DNA of 58,306 nucleotides from a virus (taxonomy: Duplodnaviria; Caudoviricetes): IMG/VR virus record IMGVR_UViG_3300005805_000003, positions 1 through 58,306 of that record; one strand, 5' to 3'. The position numbers and the translations under genes were made by a program. A model generated the notes under the pieces. The model ran no database searches. It was not told the DNA's origin and saw only the letters and a list, made by a program, of their open reading frames with translations. Each line of letters begins with the position of its first letter. Positions within the stretch are counted from its first letter, which is position 1. Below, piece after piece: positions 9,472 to 18,568 of the stretch.

Positions 9472-10166
9472 TTGACTCTCCTCAAGGCTTGTTTCTCTGC
9501 ATGATATTGTCTCATAGCCTCCGCCCTCTTTGCTTTCGATTCTGTTGACTGGCGCTTACCCATGTTTGCAGCACTGATTTTAGCCTTTGTCTCTTCAGAG
9601 TGCGCTCGCCCGTAAAACGGGTTATTTGAACCGGCAGACATTTCTCGGCGTTTTTGCACCGTTTCTTCAGACTGCTTTTTGCCTAGTTTAGCCAAACGCA
9701 TTTTTTCAATAGATTCTTCAGAATGTTTTCTTCCAAACCAGTGGCTTTGTTCTCCGCACACACCATGATGCCAATGCTTTTCACCACGGCGCGATTCAGA
9801 TATTTTTTGTTTAGTTTCTTCAGTTCTTTTTTGCCCAACTAGCTTTAAAACTCTTTTCCTAATAGATTCTTGAGTCTGGCTCATGCCCGGAACCCAACCC
9901 TGTTTTGCGTTCTCTGGCTTTATATTTGCCCACTCTTTTGAGTTAACCACGTTAAACTCTTTTGAGCATTTAAGCCCCGCTTTAGAGCATTCTTCTATAT
10001 CGTCAAATACGCCAACAACACATGTTATTATGTTTTTGCCATGAGCTTTTAAGTGCGCCGTCCAATACAAACCAGAACCCAAATACAAGTATGGGTCTTT
10101 TGTGGTAACACCAAGGTACTTTAACCCAGTATCCATGTGGCGCTTTATGTAAAGTGAAATACTCAT
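9468..10166 (-). CDS. Free-standing homing endonuclease, GIY-YIG-like with NUMOD3 repeats
   Basis: LYIK.H..TGLKYLG.T...Y.GSG..W; repeated HSEETK.KIS and NPFYG motifs; AT-rich. Confidence 0.8.
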   Translation of the reverse strand: MSISLYIKRHMDTGLKYLGVTTKDPYLYLGSGLYWTAHLKAHGKNIITCVVGVFDDIEECSKAGLKCSKEFNVVNSKEWANIKPENAKQGWVPGMSQTQESIRKRVLKLVGQKRTEETKQKISESRRGEKHWHHGVCGEQSHWFGRKHSEESIEKMRLAKLGKKQSEETVQKRREMSAGSNNPFYGRAHSEETKAKISAANMGKRQSTESKAKRAEAMRQYHAEKQALRRVK

Positions 10167-11965
10167 TAAGAAGCTACTAGCCTTATTTTTTGACTTGGAA
10201 ACCGATTGTGCAAGCGTTCTTTAACCTGCTTAAACGGCTCCTCCCAAGTACCGAATATTGTCTGGCGCACCAACTTCATACTGTCATAGTACAAGCAAGC
10301 GTCCATGCCGTCATCTGCGTATATTTCCATGCAGTGCAGAAAGTATGGCATGACGGGAATTACAACCCAAGTCTCCACGCCCATCGCAGCAGCCAAGTGA
10401 CTGACCGAGGTGCAAGATGAGATCACCAGATCACACGATGCCGCAGCAGCACGGGTATCTTCCCAGCTATCTAGCGGGACTTGCTTAACCCAAGACGGAC
10501 ACGAATCAGCACCCTCGTCGCGTTGCAGGGAGATGAACTCAGCATCTGCATCCTTTACCGCGTCGAACAGCAGGTCATACGGAAACTTCTTGTTGTGGTC
10601 ATGCTCAAAGGCTGACTGACCCTGCCAGCGCAGCCCTATGCGCTTTCTACGGGCTTTGATGGTCTTAGGCTTTGTGATGTACGGCTTGCCAGACAGATCG
10701 CTTAATTCAAGCCCCAGAGGCACTACAGCAGACATACCTTGAACGTAGAAGTCATGGTAGATGCCAAAGCTTGCTTCATGCTGAATAACAGCCGCCACAC
10801 CCTCAACGTCAACGAACAGGGAGGCCAGTGGGCCAGAGCAGGACACAATGACTTTACAGCCACGATCTGCAATCAGCTTGGCGTATCTTACCTGATGTAT
10901 CTGGTCACCCAAACCGCCTTCAAGGTGCAGCATAACGATGCCCTTGCTCTTACCATCCCACGGCTGAGTGGGGACGCTGGGCTTGGCGTTACCAAAGACG
11001 TTAACAATGCGACCGCGATCCAGCAGTTGGTAACCCTTCTGTATCTGACCCTGACGCAAGAGATACCAGCCACGGTTGTAGGCTGCACGGTGGTTGTCAG
11101 GCTCGTCCTTCTCCAGCTTCTGGCACAGTCTCCAGCCCTCGGCAAAGTCGCCCATTCGTGAGGCCACCAGTTGCAGATCAAGGTCGTGTATCTCAGGAAT
11201 TGTGCGAGGACGATCAAGCCAGAACTCAGGCTGACAGAACTGCGGGTAGTGGTGCTTCAGTACGTCCTTTGGGCTTTCTTGATGCTGTCTTTCCAGTACC
11301 GGCTTGATGTCGTGCAGGCCAGAGTAACCGTGCAGGTTCTCGTCATCCTCTTTGACCGTTGAGCCATCAATGTTGGCAAAGTCGTAGTCAAAGTCAGGCA
11401 GGTCAAGGAATGCGTGTATGCGCTGCAACTCCGCTTTCGGGTCGGCCAGAAGGTCTTCGTACTCTACAAACAGGAACGACTCAGGATCGTATGCGTAGCC
11501 CTGCTGGAGCGTCTGGTAGGAGCCTTTCAGGTGGTTGGTCAGTGAGCTGTTAACAAGGAAGTCATCCAAGTTGGTTGGCTTGGCTACACGGACAAAGGAT
11601 GCCATGCAATCAGGGATAGAGCGCACTGTCGCAATGATCTTGGGCTTGTGACCCAGCACCTGACCCATCGCCTGCATAATCACGGGAATCGGCCAGTTAC
11701 GCGCCTTGTCGATGATTACCGGCTTGGGGACATCTTCGTAGAAAGCATCGATTACTCCGCGCATGGTGTGAGCCAGTTTGCTGCGATCAGGATCGTTGTT
11801 AACAAGAAGGTTGTCACGATGCCAAGCCGTAGCCAGACCGTCCAGAGCTGCGCCCAGAGCAGAGGTTGTTGACACATGCGTCATTGGGTTCTGATTCAGG
11901 ATAGCCGCCAAGACAGTTGAGCCTGATCGCGGTACGCCTGAGAGAAAGTGTAGGTTTTTGTTCAT
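10166..11965 (-). CDS. Sulfotransferase-TPR-glycosyltransferase (GT9-like) fusion
   Basis: SGVPRSGSTVL (PAPS loop), IDK.R.W, YEDL..DP; TPR helices; EGGLGDQIHQ.RY, SLQR, DLVISSCTSVSHLAAAMG; start at 11965 chosen from the RBS AGGA. Confidence 0.85.
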   Translation of the reverse strand: MNKNLHFLSGVPRSGSTVLAAILNQNPMTHVSTTSALGAALDGLATAWHRDNLLVNNDPDRSKLAHTMRGVIDAFYEDVPKPVIIDKARNWPIPVIMQAMGQVLGHKPKIIATVRSIPDCMASFVRVAKPTNLDDFLVNSSLTNHLKGSYQTLQQGYAYDPESFLFVEYEDLLADPKAELQRIHAFLDLPDFDYDFANIDGSTVKEDDENLHGYSGLHDIKPVLERQHQESPKDVLKHHYPQFCQPEFWLDRPRTIPEIHDLDLQLVASRMGDFAEGWRLCQKLEKDEPDNHRAAYNRGWYLLRQGQIQKGYQLLDRGRIVNVFGNAKPSVPTQPWDGKSKGIVMLHLEGGLGDQIHQVRYAKLIADRGCKVIVSCSGPLASLFVDVEGVAAVIQHEASFGIYHDFYVQGMSAVVPLGLELSDLSGKPYITKPKTIKARRKRIGLRWQGQSAFEHDHNKKFPYDLLFDAVKDADAEFISLQRDEGADSCPSWVKQVPLDSWEDTRAAAASCDLVISSCTSVSHLAAAMGVETWVVIPVMPYFLHCMEIYADDGMDACLYYDSMKLVRQTIFGTWEEPFKQVKERLHNRFPSQKIRLVAS

Positions 11966-11975
11966 TGTTATCCTG

Positions 11976-13124
11976 TTATGTTTTGATGGCAATGCAAAAC
12001 TTAGATTGACAACCAGCAGCGGTCTTTACCCAATCAGTTAATGCGCCAACTTGTACTGGACTAGAGCGTTGGGTGGTGTCATTTTGTCCGTTTTGACCAT
12101 AATCGTTTTGACCCCAAGACCACAGAGTTTTGTTAACTTTAACAGCAAAACAAGTGCTTCTACCCGCAGATATTTTAGACCACGTAGTAAGTGCGCCTAT
12201 TTGCACTGGACTGTTGCGATTAGTTGAGTCATTCAGGCCGAGTTGACCATAGTTATTTCTTCCCCATGCCCACATTGTGCCGTCTGTTTTAATAGCGGCG
12301 CAGAAAGTTCTTCCGGCAGCAATCTGCGCCCACGTTGTTAATGCCCCAACCTGAACAGGGCTGCTGCGGTTTGTGGTGTCACCTTGCCCAAGTTGTCCAT
12401 AGGCGTTAGCTCCCCACGACCACATAGTGCCGTCAGTTTTAATGGCAAGAGAAGTAAAATCGCCAGCAGCAATTTTTGACCAAGCAGTAAGCGCACCAAC
12501 TTGTACTGGGCTACTGCGGTTTGCAGTGTCGTTAAGGCCAAGCATTCCCCCGTTTCCGAAAGCTGTGCCTAGTCCCCAAGACCACAATGTGCCGTCAGTT
12601 TTAACGGCAAGGGTGTGGTAATTACCAGCAGCATTCTGTGACCACGTAGTGAGTGCGCCTATTTGAACTGGGCTTGAACGCGAAACCGTGTCTCCTAATC
12701 CTAGTTGACCATTCGCACCATACCCCCAAGACCACATTGTGCCGTCTGTTTTAATAGCAAAAGAGAAATTGATGCCACTAGCAACTTTATACCAAGTTGT
12801 GAGTGAACCCACTTGTACTGGGCTGGAACGAGTAGTGGTGTTGTTTTGTCCAAGTTGTCCGTTGCCGTTGCTTCCCCAAGACCACATTGTGCCGTCTGTT
12901 TTAATAGCGAGAGTGTTGTATTGTCCCGCAGACAATTCTAGCCAAGCAGTTAACGCACCAACTTGAACGGGGCTGGAGCGACTAGTGTTAGTGTTTTGAC
13001 CAAGTTGACCATTCCCGCCAGCTCCCCACGAAAAAAGTCCCCCGCCGGGCGGCTTCGGCCAGTTACCCGCAGCCTCGGCCTGCATCTGAGCTACCAATGT
13101 CCAAACACCGCTGTACGAGGGCAT
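11976..13124 (-). CDS. RCC1-repeat beta-propeller protein 2
   Basis: About seven RCC1-like repeats; N-terminal SGVWTL..Q.....WP. Confidence 0.85.
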   Translation of the reverse strand: MPSYSGVWTLVAQMQAEAAGNWPKPPGGGLFSWGAGGNGQLGQNTNTSRSSPVQVGALTAWLELSAGQYNTLAIKTDGTMWSWGSNGNGQLGQNNTTTRSSPVQVGSLTTWYKVASGINFSFAIKTDGTMWSWGYGANGQLGLGDTVSRSSPVQIGALTTWSQNAAGNYHTLAVKTDGTLWSWGLGTAFGNGGMLGLNDTANRSSPVQVGALTAWSKIAAGDFTSLAIKTDGTMWSWGANAYGQLGQGDTTNRSSPVQVGALTTWAQIAAGRTFCAAIKTDGTMWAWGRNNYGQLGLNDSTNRNSPVQIGALTTWSKISAGRSTCFAVKVNKTLWSWGQNDYGQNGQNDTTQRSSPVQVGALTDWVKTAAGCQSKFCIAIKT

Positions 13125-13167
13125 TTAATACCTCAATCCTGATTGGTTGATGTTCATGGTTATCCTG

Positions 13168-14607
13168 TTATGGCGCACGGAGTGCCATCATGTGATTTGC
13201 GCTTCCACTATTTTTACCAAGCGCAAGCCATGTTGTTAGCGCACCAACCTGCACTGGACTGGACTGATTAGGGCCGTAAGTGTTAAGGCCAAGCCTACCA
13301 TAGCTTCCCTGCCCCCAGCTCCACATCGTGCCGTCAGTTTTAATTGCAAAACAAGAGTTAGAAATCAGAGACACCTGAGTCCATGTAGTAAGCGCCCCAA
13401 TCTGTACGGGGCTAGACCGAGTTATGGTGTTGTTTTGCCCAAGAGCGCCAAGACTGTTAGCCCCCCACGACCACATTGTGCCGTCATCTTTCAACGCGAC
13501 ACACAAACCTCCGTTTGATGCTGTTATTTTTGACCATGTTGTTAAAGCGCCAATCTGAACTGGGCTGCTACGGTTTGCAGTGTTGTTAAGACCAAGCTGA
13601 CCATCGCTTCCTGACCCCCAACTCCAGAGAGTCCCGTTAGTCTTGATAGCAAAAGATGAATTGCTGCCTCCTGCTATGCTTTCCCAATCAGCACTCGATC
13701 CAACCTGAACAGGGCTTGATCTCGCAATAGTATCGTTTTGCCCAAGTGTACCCGCAAAATTATAGCCCCACGCCCAGAGCGTTCCGTCATTTTTAATAGC
13801 AAGGCAAAAGCCGGGACTACTTGCCGCTACTGCGGCCCATGTCGTCAATGCGCCAACTTGAACAGGGCTGCTTTTATTTTCAGAAAGCCCACCAACACCT
13901 AAACCTAACTGCCCATATTTACCTTGACCCCATGACCACATAGTGCCGTTTGTTTTAATTGCAACACAAAATGCTTTTTCTATCTGTGGCTGTCCACCTG
14001 TAACCACTTCATACCAAGTTGTTAGCGCGCCAACTTGAACAGGGCTGGAGCAATTTGTTGTGTTGTTTAAACCTAGCTGGCCTATATCATTTACACCCCA
14101 TGCCCATAGTGTTCCGTCCATTTTAACTGCAACAGTTGATAAAAACCCTGATGACACTTGGCTCCAAGTTGTTAAAGCACCCACTTGAACAGGGCTTGAT
14201 ATGTTGACCGTGTCATTTAGACCTAGCTGGCCGCCATTGTTTCGACCCCATGCCCACAGTTGTTGTTGGACTACCGGAGTTACCGAGTTGCTTGCCGCGC
14301 TTGATGGACTAGAACCAAAGATGTTCACTGCAAACACAGTTACAGTGTAAGCCGAGTCTGTTGTCAGACCTGTTATGGTTACCGGCGACGATGAGCCTGT
14401 CGTAACTACAGTGGTTCCATCAGATGTTTTAGTGGCAACAACCGTATAGCTTGTAATAGCGCCACCTCCCACGTTAGAAGGCGCAGTAAACGTCACCGAG
14501 ACAGATGTAGCACTCGCAATACTTGCCGTCCCAATCGTAGGCGCGTTGGGAGTCTTCAGCGGGTCGTAGCCCGCAGAGATAAAGCCTGATGGGTAGCGTA
14601 AAGACAT
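13168..14607 (-). CDS. Fibronectin type III plus RCC1-repeat protein 1
   Basis: PNAPT...V.FTAP...GG.AITSYTV...Y.VTV.AVN..G.S..S (FN3), then about seven RCC1 repeats. Confidence 0.85.
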   Translation of the reverse strand: MSLRYPSGFISAGYDPLKTPNAPTIGTASIASATSVSVTFTAPSNVGGGAITSYTVVATKTSDGTTVVTTGSSSPVTITGLTTDSAYTVTVFAVNIFGSSPSSAASNSVTPVVQQQLWAWGRNNGGQLGLNDTVNISSPVQVGALTTWSQVSSGFLSTVAVKMDGTLWAWGVNDIGQLGLNNTTNCSSPVQVGALTTWYEVVTGGQPQIEKAFCVAIKTNGTMWSWGQGKYGQLGLGVGGLSENKSSPVQVGALTTWAAVAASSPGFCLAIKNDGTLWAWGYNFAGTLGQNDTIARSSPVQVGSSADWESIAGGSNSSFAIKTNGTLWSWGSGSDGQLGLNNTANRSSPVQIGALTTWSKITASNGGLCVALKDDGTMWSWGANSLGALGQNNTITRSSPVQIGALTTWTQVSLISNSCFAIKTDGTMWSWGQGSYGRLGLNTYGPNQSSPVQVGALTTWLALGKNSGSANHMMALRAP

Positions 14608-14619
14608 GGGATACCCCTA

Positions 14620-15006
14620 TTAGCTGTTCAACTCTTCCCACGAAATCGTGACTACACAGTCATTCGCCGCGCTTGCGGTTGCACCAATCGACCTGTCTTC
14701 GAGCAAATAAAAACTTGTCGTTTTATCTGTAACGATGAGGGTCGCGTCAGCAGGCACAGAGATGGTAGAGGCAATCGCCGTACCAGTGCCACCTAGATCG
14801 TCTTGGCTGAAGATTTTAATTGTAATATCCACAGCAGACGAGCCATCGACGTTAGCCACAACGATGGAGTTGATCTTGTACACCTTGCCGCTTGAGGCTG
14901 CGTTGTTGACCAGCGCCGTTGCAAAAGGATCGGCAGTGGACGAGATCAGGGTGCTGCTGGTGTTGCCTAAAATCGTTGTTACGTTGACTATATTGGGGTT
15001 AGCCAC
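14620..15006 (-). CDS. Virion structural protein
   Basis: ANPNIV..., KINSI.VANVDG, IA.TISVPADATL, SWEEL; GTG start with RBS GGAG. Confidence 0.7.
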   Translation of the reverse strand: MANPNIVNVTTILGNTSSTLISSTADPFATALVNNAASSGKVYKINSIVVANVDGSSAVDITIKIFSQDDLGGTGTAIASTISVPADATLIVTDKTTSFYLLEDRSIGATASAANDCVVTISWEELNS

Positions 15007-15018
15007 AGTTGTGTCTCC

Positions 15019-15738
15019 TTAGAATCCGAAAATCATCGCCATCGCAATGGCTTTGCCCGTTGATATACCAGCACTACCGTACTCCAGCGCAGTGGCTCCC
15101 GAGTTAACTACCAGCGCCTGACCAGCTGTTCCGAGCGTCGTTAAGTTTGTACCGCCGTTCGCAATAGGCAGTGTGCCGGTAACCTGAGTCGTTAAGCTCA
15201 CACCAGACAGCGTACCACCCAGCGTCAGGTTGCCAGAACTTGTGACCGTACCCGTCAGGGTAATACCGTTGACCGTGCCCGTGCCGCCTACAGAAGTAAC
15301 CGTGCCACCCACTTCAGTCGGGTTAGCGTTGAACACCGCCGCACCACCGCCTGCGCCGTCGGTTACTATCATCAGCTTGGAGCCGTTGGGTACGTTGACC
15401 GTTGCGCCTGAACCCTGCTTGATCGTAATAATCTGACTGCCGGTGGTGGCGTTCTCAATGATCCAGACCTTGGACACCGTGTTGGGTGCCAGTGTCACCG
15501 TGCGCGTCGCAGCTAACGACACAGCAGAAGTAATCTTCAGGTACAGCGAGCGCGTGCCGTCCGCCGTGGCGTCGGGCATCGTGAAGGTCTCATCCGCATC
15601 CGCAGCCATCTGCTTAGTGCCAAGGCTAAATGCGTCGGCTATCAGGGACAGGTTGGTGTTAGTCGATGTGCCCCACGTGCCGGACTCATCGCCCGTAGCA
15701 ATCTCTTTTAGTCGTAAATCGTTAACATACGTAGCCAT
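15019..15738 (-). CDS. Tail-fibre-like virion protein
   Basis: ATGDESGTWG..TN.NL, GTVTSV, VTGTLPIANGGT, C-terminal GKAIAMAMIFG. Confidence 0.7.
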   Translation of the reverse strand: MATYVNDLRLKEIATGDESGTWGTSTNTNLSLIADAFSLGTKQMAADADETFTMPDATADGTRSLYLKITSAVSLAATRTVTLAPNTVSKVWIIENATTGSQIITIKQGSGATVNVPNGSKLMIVTDGAGGGAAVFNANPTEVGGTVTSVGGTGTVNGITLTGTVTSSGNLTLGGTLSGVSLTTQVTGTLPIANGGTNLTTLGTAGQALVVNSGATALEYGSAGISTGKAIAMAMIFGF

Positions 15739-15747
15739 GTTTTATCC

Positions 15748-16569
15748 TCACGCCGCTGTGTCCACGGGTATCCAAGTAGCATTTTGTGCGTCGTTTACAT
15801 CAACCCAAACGGCGTTTTGAGCGTCGTTTACAAGTGACCATCCGCCTATTTTAACCGTACCTATTGCGCCTGTGCCAGCTACTCCGACGGGGATTATAAG
15901 CTCACTTACCGCTATCTGAACCTGCCCAATCGCGCCGGTTGCGCTAACCCCCGCAGGGATAACCGTATCGTTAACTTGTATAGCAACTGTGCCTACCGCG
16001 CCCGTGCCTTCAATGCCGGTGGCCGTAACAGTAGCATCATACGCGGGGACTACTGTGCCAATCGCGCCCGTACCCGTTACGCCCGCTACGGTGACGTTGC
16101 TGTCTATCTGCAGCGTCACAGCGTCAACGGCGCCGATGCCCTCTACGCCTGTAGCTACAACCGTTGCGTTTATTGCGATGGAGACAGTGCCAACGGCTCC
16201 TGTTCCCTCTACGCCCGTCGCAACCACCGTATCGTTGACTGCAATGGCAACCGTGCCAACTGCGCCTGTACCGACAACGCCGATGGGGATAACAATGTCA
16301 TCGACGACGACTTGAAACCCACCCATCTCACCGACGCCCTGAACACCTGTGGGCACAACCGTGGAGTTAATCTGCAGGGATATATCGCCAATGCTGCCAG
16401 TGCCAGAGACACCCGTTACCGCAACTACCTTGGTTACAAGAATAGTAACCGGCTCTACCGCGCCCGTACCCGCAACACCGTCAACTACGTAGGCAGGAGC
16501 TATCCCGCCAAAGCCATTTATGCCCCAGCCACCCTCTCCCCAACCTTTAGTGTAGGTGGTAGCTGCCAC
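15748..16569 (-). CDS. Repeat-rich virion protein (about 23-24 aa V/G/T repeats)
   Basis: N-terminal GWGEGGWG; about nine copies of V..TGV.GTGA.G.V.I; C-terminal W..V.D.Q repeats. Confidence 0.7.
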   Translation of the reverse strand: MAATTYTKGWGEGGWGINGFGGIAPAYVVDGVAGTGAVEPVTILVTKVVAVTGVSGTGSIGDISLQINSTVVPTGVQGVGEMGGFQVVVDDIVIPIGVVGTGAVGTVAIAVNDTVVATGVEGTGAVGTVSIAINATVVATGVEGIGAVDAVTLQIDSNVTVAGVTGTGAIGTVVPAYDATVTATGIEGTGAVGTVAIQVNDTVIPAGVSATGAIGQVQIAVSELIIPVGVAGTGAIGTVKIGGWSLVNDAQNAVWVDVNDAQNATWIPVDTAA

Positions 16570-16577
16570 AATTTACC

Positions 16578-17162
16578 TCACGCAGCAAACTTATTGCTTT
16601 TTGACATGTTATCACTACCCGGTATTACTTGGAGATTCCAAGGTACGTGTAGCCCAGAAACTTTTTTACCGCGCAAAGGTACAATATGGTCAACATGCCA
16701 AGTAAACCCCAGCATTTCAGATCTTACTTGCGCTAGGCTATACGCTTCTTGAATCATCCAGTGGTGCTCCTCGTTAAGCCAAGGCGGACAAGCATTTATC
16801 TTTGCCACTTTATACGCTTTTTTGTTGGCGTTAGCCCGACCCTTGTTGTTTGCAACCCACTCGTTAACTTGTTTAATGCGCTTTTCTCGGTTTTTAGTTC
16901 GGTAGTACTCCGCGTCATAAGCGAGTCTAACTTCTTTATTCTTAGCGTAATACTCTGCGTGCCAGTTAGGGTTAATCTCAACTTTTTTTCTATGGTTCTC
17001 TCGATGCCATTCGCGAGAAGCTTCTAAGTCTTTTCGATACCTAGCTTTTGACTTTTCTACGCAACACTTTTTACACTCGCTCCTGTACCCATCAGCAGTG
17101 CAATCACGGGGGTAAAACCCCGCATATTCTTTTTCCTGCAAACAAATACGGCATTGTTTCAT
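16578..17162 (-). CDS. HNH homing endonuclease with N-terminal Cys zinc finger
   Basis: C..C...CK.C; WHVDHIVPL....SGLHVPWNLQ......N..KSN; AT-rich insertion among structural genes. Confidence 0.9.
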   Translation of the reverse strand: MKQCRICLQEKEYAGFYPRDCTADGYRSECKKCCVEKSKARYRKDLEASREWHRENHRKKVEINPNWHAEYYAKNKEVRLAYDAEYYRTKNREKRIKQVNEWVANNKGRANANKKAYKVAKINACPPWLNEEHHWMIQEAYSLAQVRSEMLGFTWHVDHIVPLRGKKVSGLHVPWNLQVIPGSDNMSKSNKFAA

Positions 17163-17164
17163 AA

Positions 17165-17620
17165 CTACGCTATTCTAATTATCGCAGTCGCGGCTGCAGC
17201 AGTTGGAAATTGAATAGCAAAATCACCGGAACTCACTTGCTGGTCACCACCAAAACTCAGCACAGCGCACGCTGCGCCAGCATCGGTGTCGTTATAAATC
17301 AACGCGCCAGAGGTCGTGAACGTCGCAGCACTCCACGTTGTGTTGTCAAAGTCGCAGATCGCCGTAGTGCCGTCCGCTACCGGGGTGATTGACACCAATG
17401 TGTTGCCGCCTGTGGTGTAGCCGCTACCGCTGCCCAGCTCGTCGGTGCTCAGGTTGCTGTAGTTAGTGGTCGCAGCGCCAAAAGTGCCAGAGCCGGCAGC
17501 GGCGGCCTTGAGCAATGCAATCTTGAAGGTATCGCCCGTTGAAGCGGTAAAGTTGTGTACGCCCTTGAGCAGCTCAACTTTGAAGCTTGTGGGCATGGCA
17601 GTAGTAATTGAAATAGGCAT
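17165..17620 (-). CDS. Conserved virion (tail) structural protein
   Basis: SFK.ELL.G.HNF, FKIAL, GYT.GG.TL, GALIYN, F.IQFP...AIIRIA. Confidence 0.7.
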   Translation of the reverse strand: MPISITTAMPTSFKVELLKGVHNFTASTGDTFKIALLKAAAAGSGTFGAATTNYSNLSTDELGSGSGYTTGGNTLVSITPVADGTTAICDFDNTTWSAATFTTSGALIYNDTDAGAACAVLSFGGDQQVSSGDFAIQFPTAAAATAIIRIA

Positions 17621-17621
17621 G

Positions 17622-17909
17622 TTAACTCTCCAGTAATTTTACAAGTTCCGGGTGCCCAGCGGCGCGGAAACGGTTCATCAGAGTGGTGTTGTTGGAACGT
17701 ATCGCTTGGTGCATCGCAGCGACTAGCACGCCCCTGATCTGATCACGATAGGCTTCAGCTTGCGCGCGTATGGCCGGATCTGAGCTTCTACCGATGTAGA
17801 TAATCTTATCGAGCGCACCCTCGGCCAGCTCTTCGGGCGTGAAGCCCCGACCCGAAACGGATGATGCCTTGATGATGCCGAGTGCTGCCCCGCCTGATGT
17901 GCTAAACAT
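17622..17909 (-). CDS. Conserved hypothetical protein
   Basis: RGFTPEE.A....DKII, I..QA.AY; tightly packed in the operon. Confidence 0.65.
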   Translation of the reverse strand: MFSTSGGAALGIIKASSVSGRGFTPEELAEGALDKIIYIGRSSDPAIRAQAEAYRDQIRGVLVAAMHQAIRSNNTTLMNRFRAAGHPELVKLLES

Positions 17910-17911
17910 AA

Positions 17912-18568
17912 TTATGGTCCCGGTGATTCAGATTTGATTGGTATGCGAATCATACCATCACGGAACTCGTCACGGCGACGTCTACCCTGCTGCTCGATGC
18001 CCAGACCCTGTATCGCCAACTTGTAGCTGTTGTCGAAGTAGGCAAGCATTGTGTCTGGACCCTTCGTGTAGCTGTAGGCTTGGATCAGGCACGCATAGAG
18101 CAACGCCTCTGGTGCATTCGTGCTGATCCACGTCGTTGGGTTGGCCGCAGAGAGCTGCGCCGGACGGTAGATGTACCCGAGCTCCACCGCGTAGTCCGCG
18201 TTGGGCGTTGGTGCCAAGCTGAACGTGTTCTGGTCCCACACGGAGTAGTACTTGGGCACACCGACCGCCGCAGCGTCAGGCGCGTACTCCTTCATGTAGG
18301 AGGTGTCCCGAAAGTCCAGATAGACCTTCCTTCCAGCCACAGTGATGAAGATGTACCGATGCGTCAGGATGTCGCTGGGTGACGCTAGGAACCGATTGCC
18401 GGTGGTCATCGTGCTGGTAGATTCTTTCTTAAATACGTCCAGATCAATGTCGCGCAGGATTCGGTTTTCAGCCATCGTGATGAACGTATCGATCACGGAA
18501 TTGCTGAAGACGTTGGCATCGACGTTGGTGTAATTTCGTATATTTGTAACCAGCTCGCTGTAGTTCAT
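17912..18568 (-). CDS. Head-tail adaptor protein
   Basis: Y.EL...I..Y, FI..AE.RI.R, G.PKYY, APTP...Y.VEL.Y, LLYACL. Confidence 0.7.
   Translation of the reverse strand: MNYSELVTNIRNYTNVDANVFSNSVIDTFITMAENRILRDIDLDVFKKESTSTMTTGNRFLASPSDILTHRYIFITVAGRKVYLDFRDTSYMKEYAPDAAAVGVPKYYSVWDQNTFSLAPTPNADYAVELGYIYRPAQLSAANPTTWISTNAPEALLYACLIQAYSYTKGPDTMLAYFDNSYKLAIQGLGIEQQGRRRRDEFRDGMIRIPIKSESPGP

Noticed and set aside
8248-14607. Diversity-generating retroelement acting on the RCC1 genes
   Set aside because: No reverse transcriptase in the genome, and repeat differences are not adenine-specific
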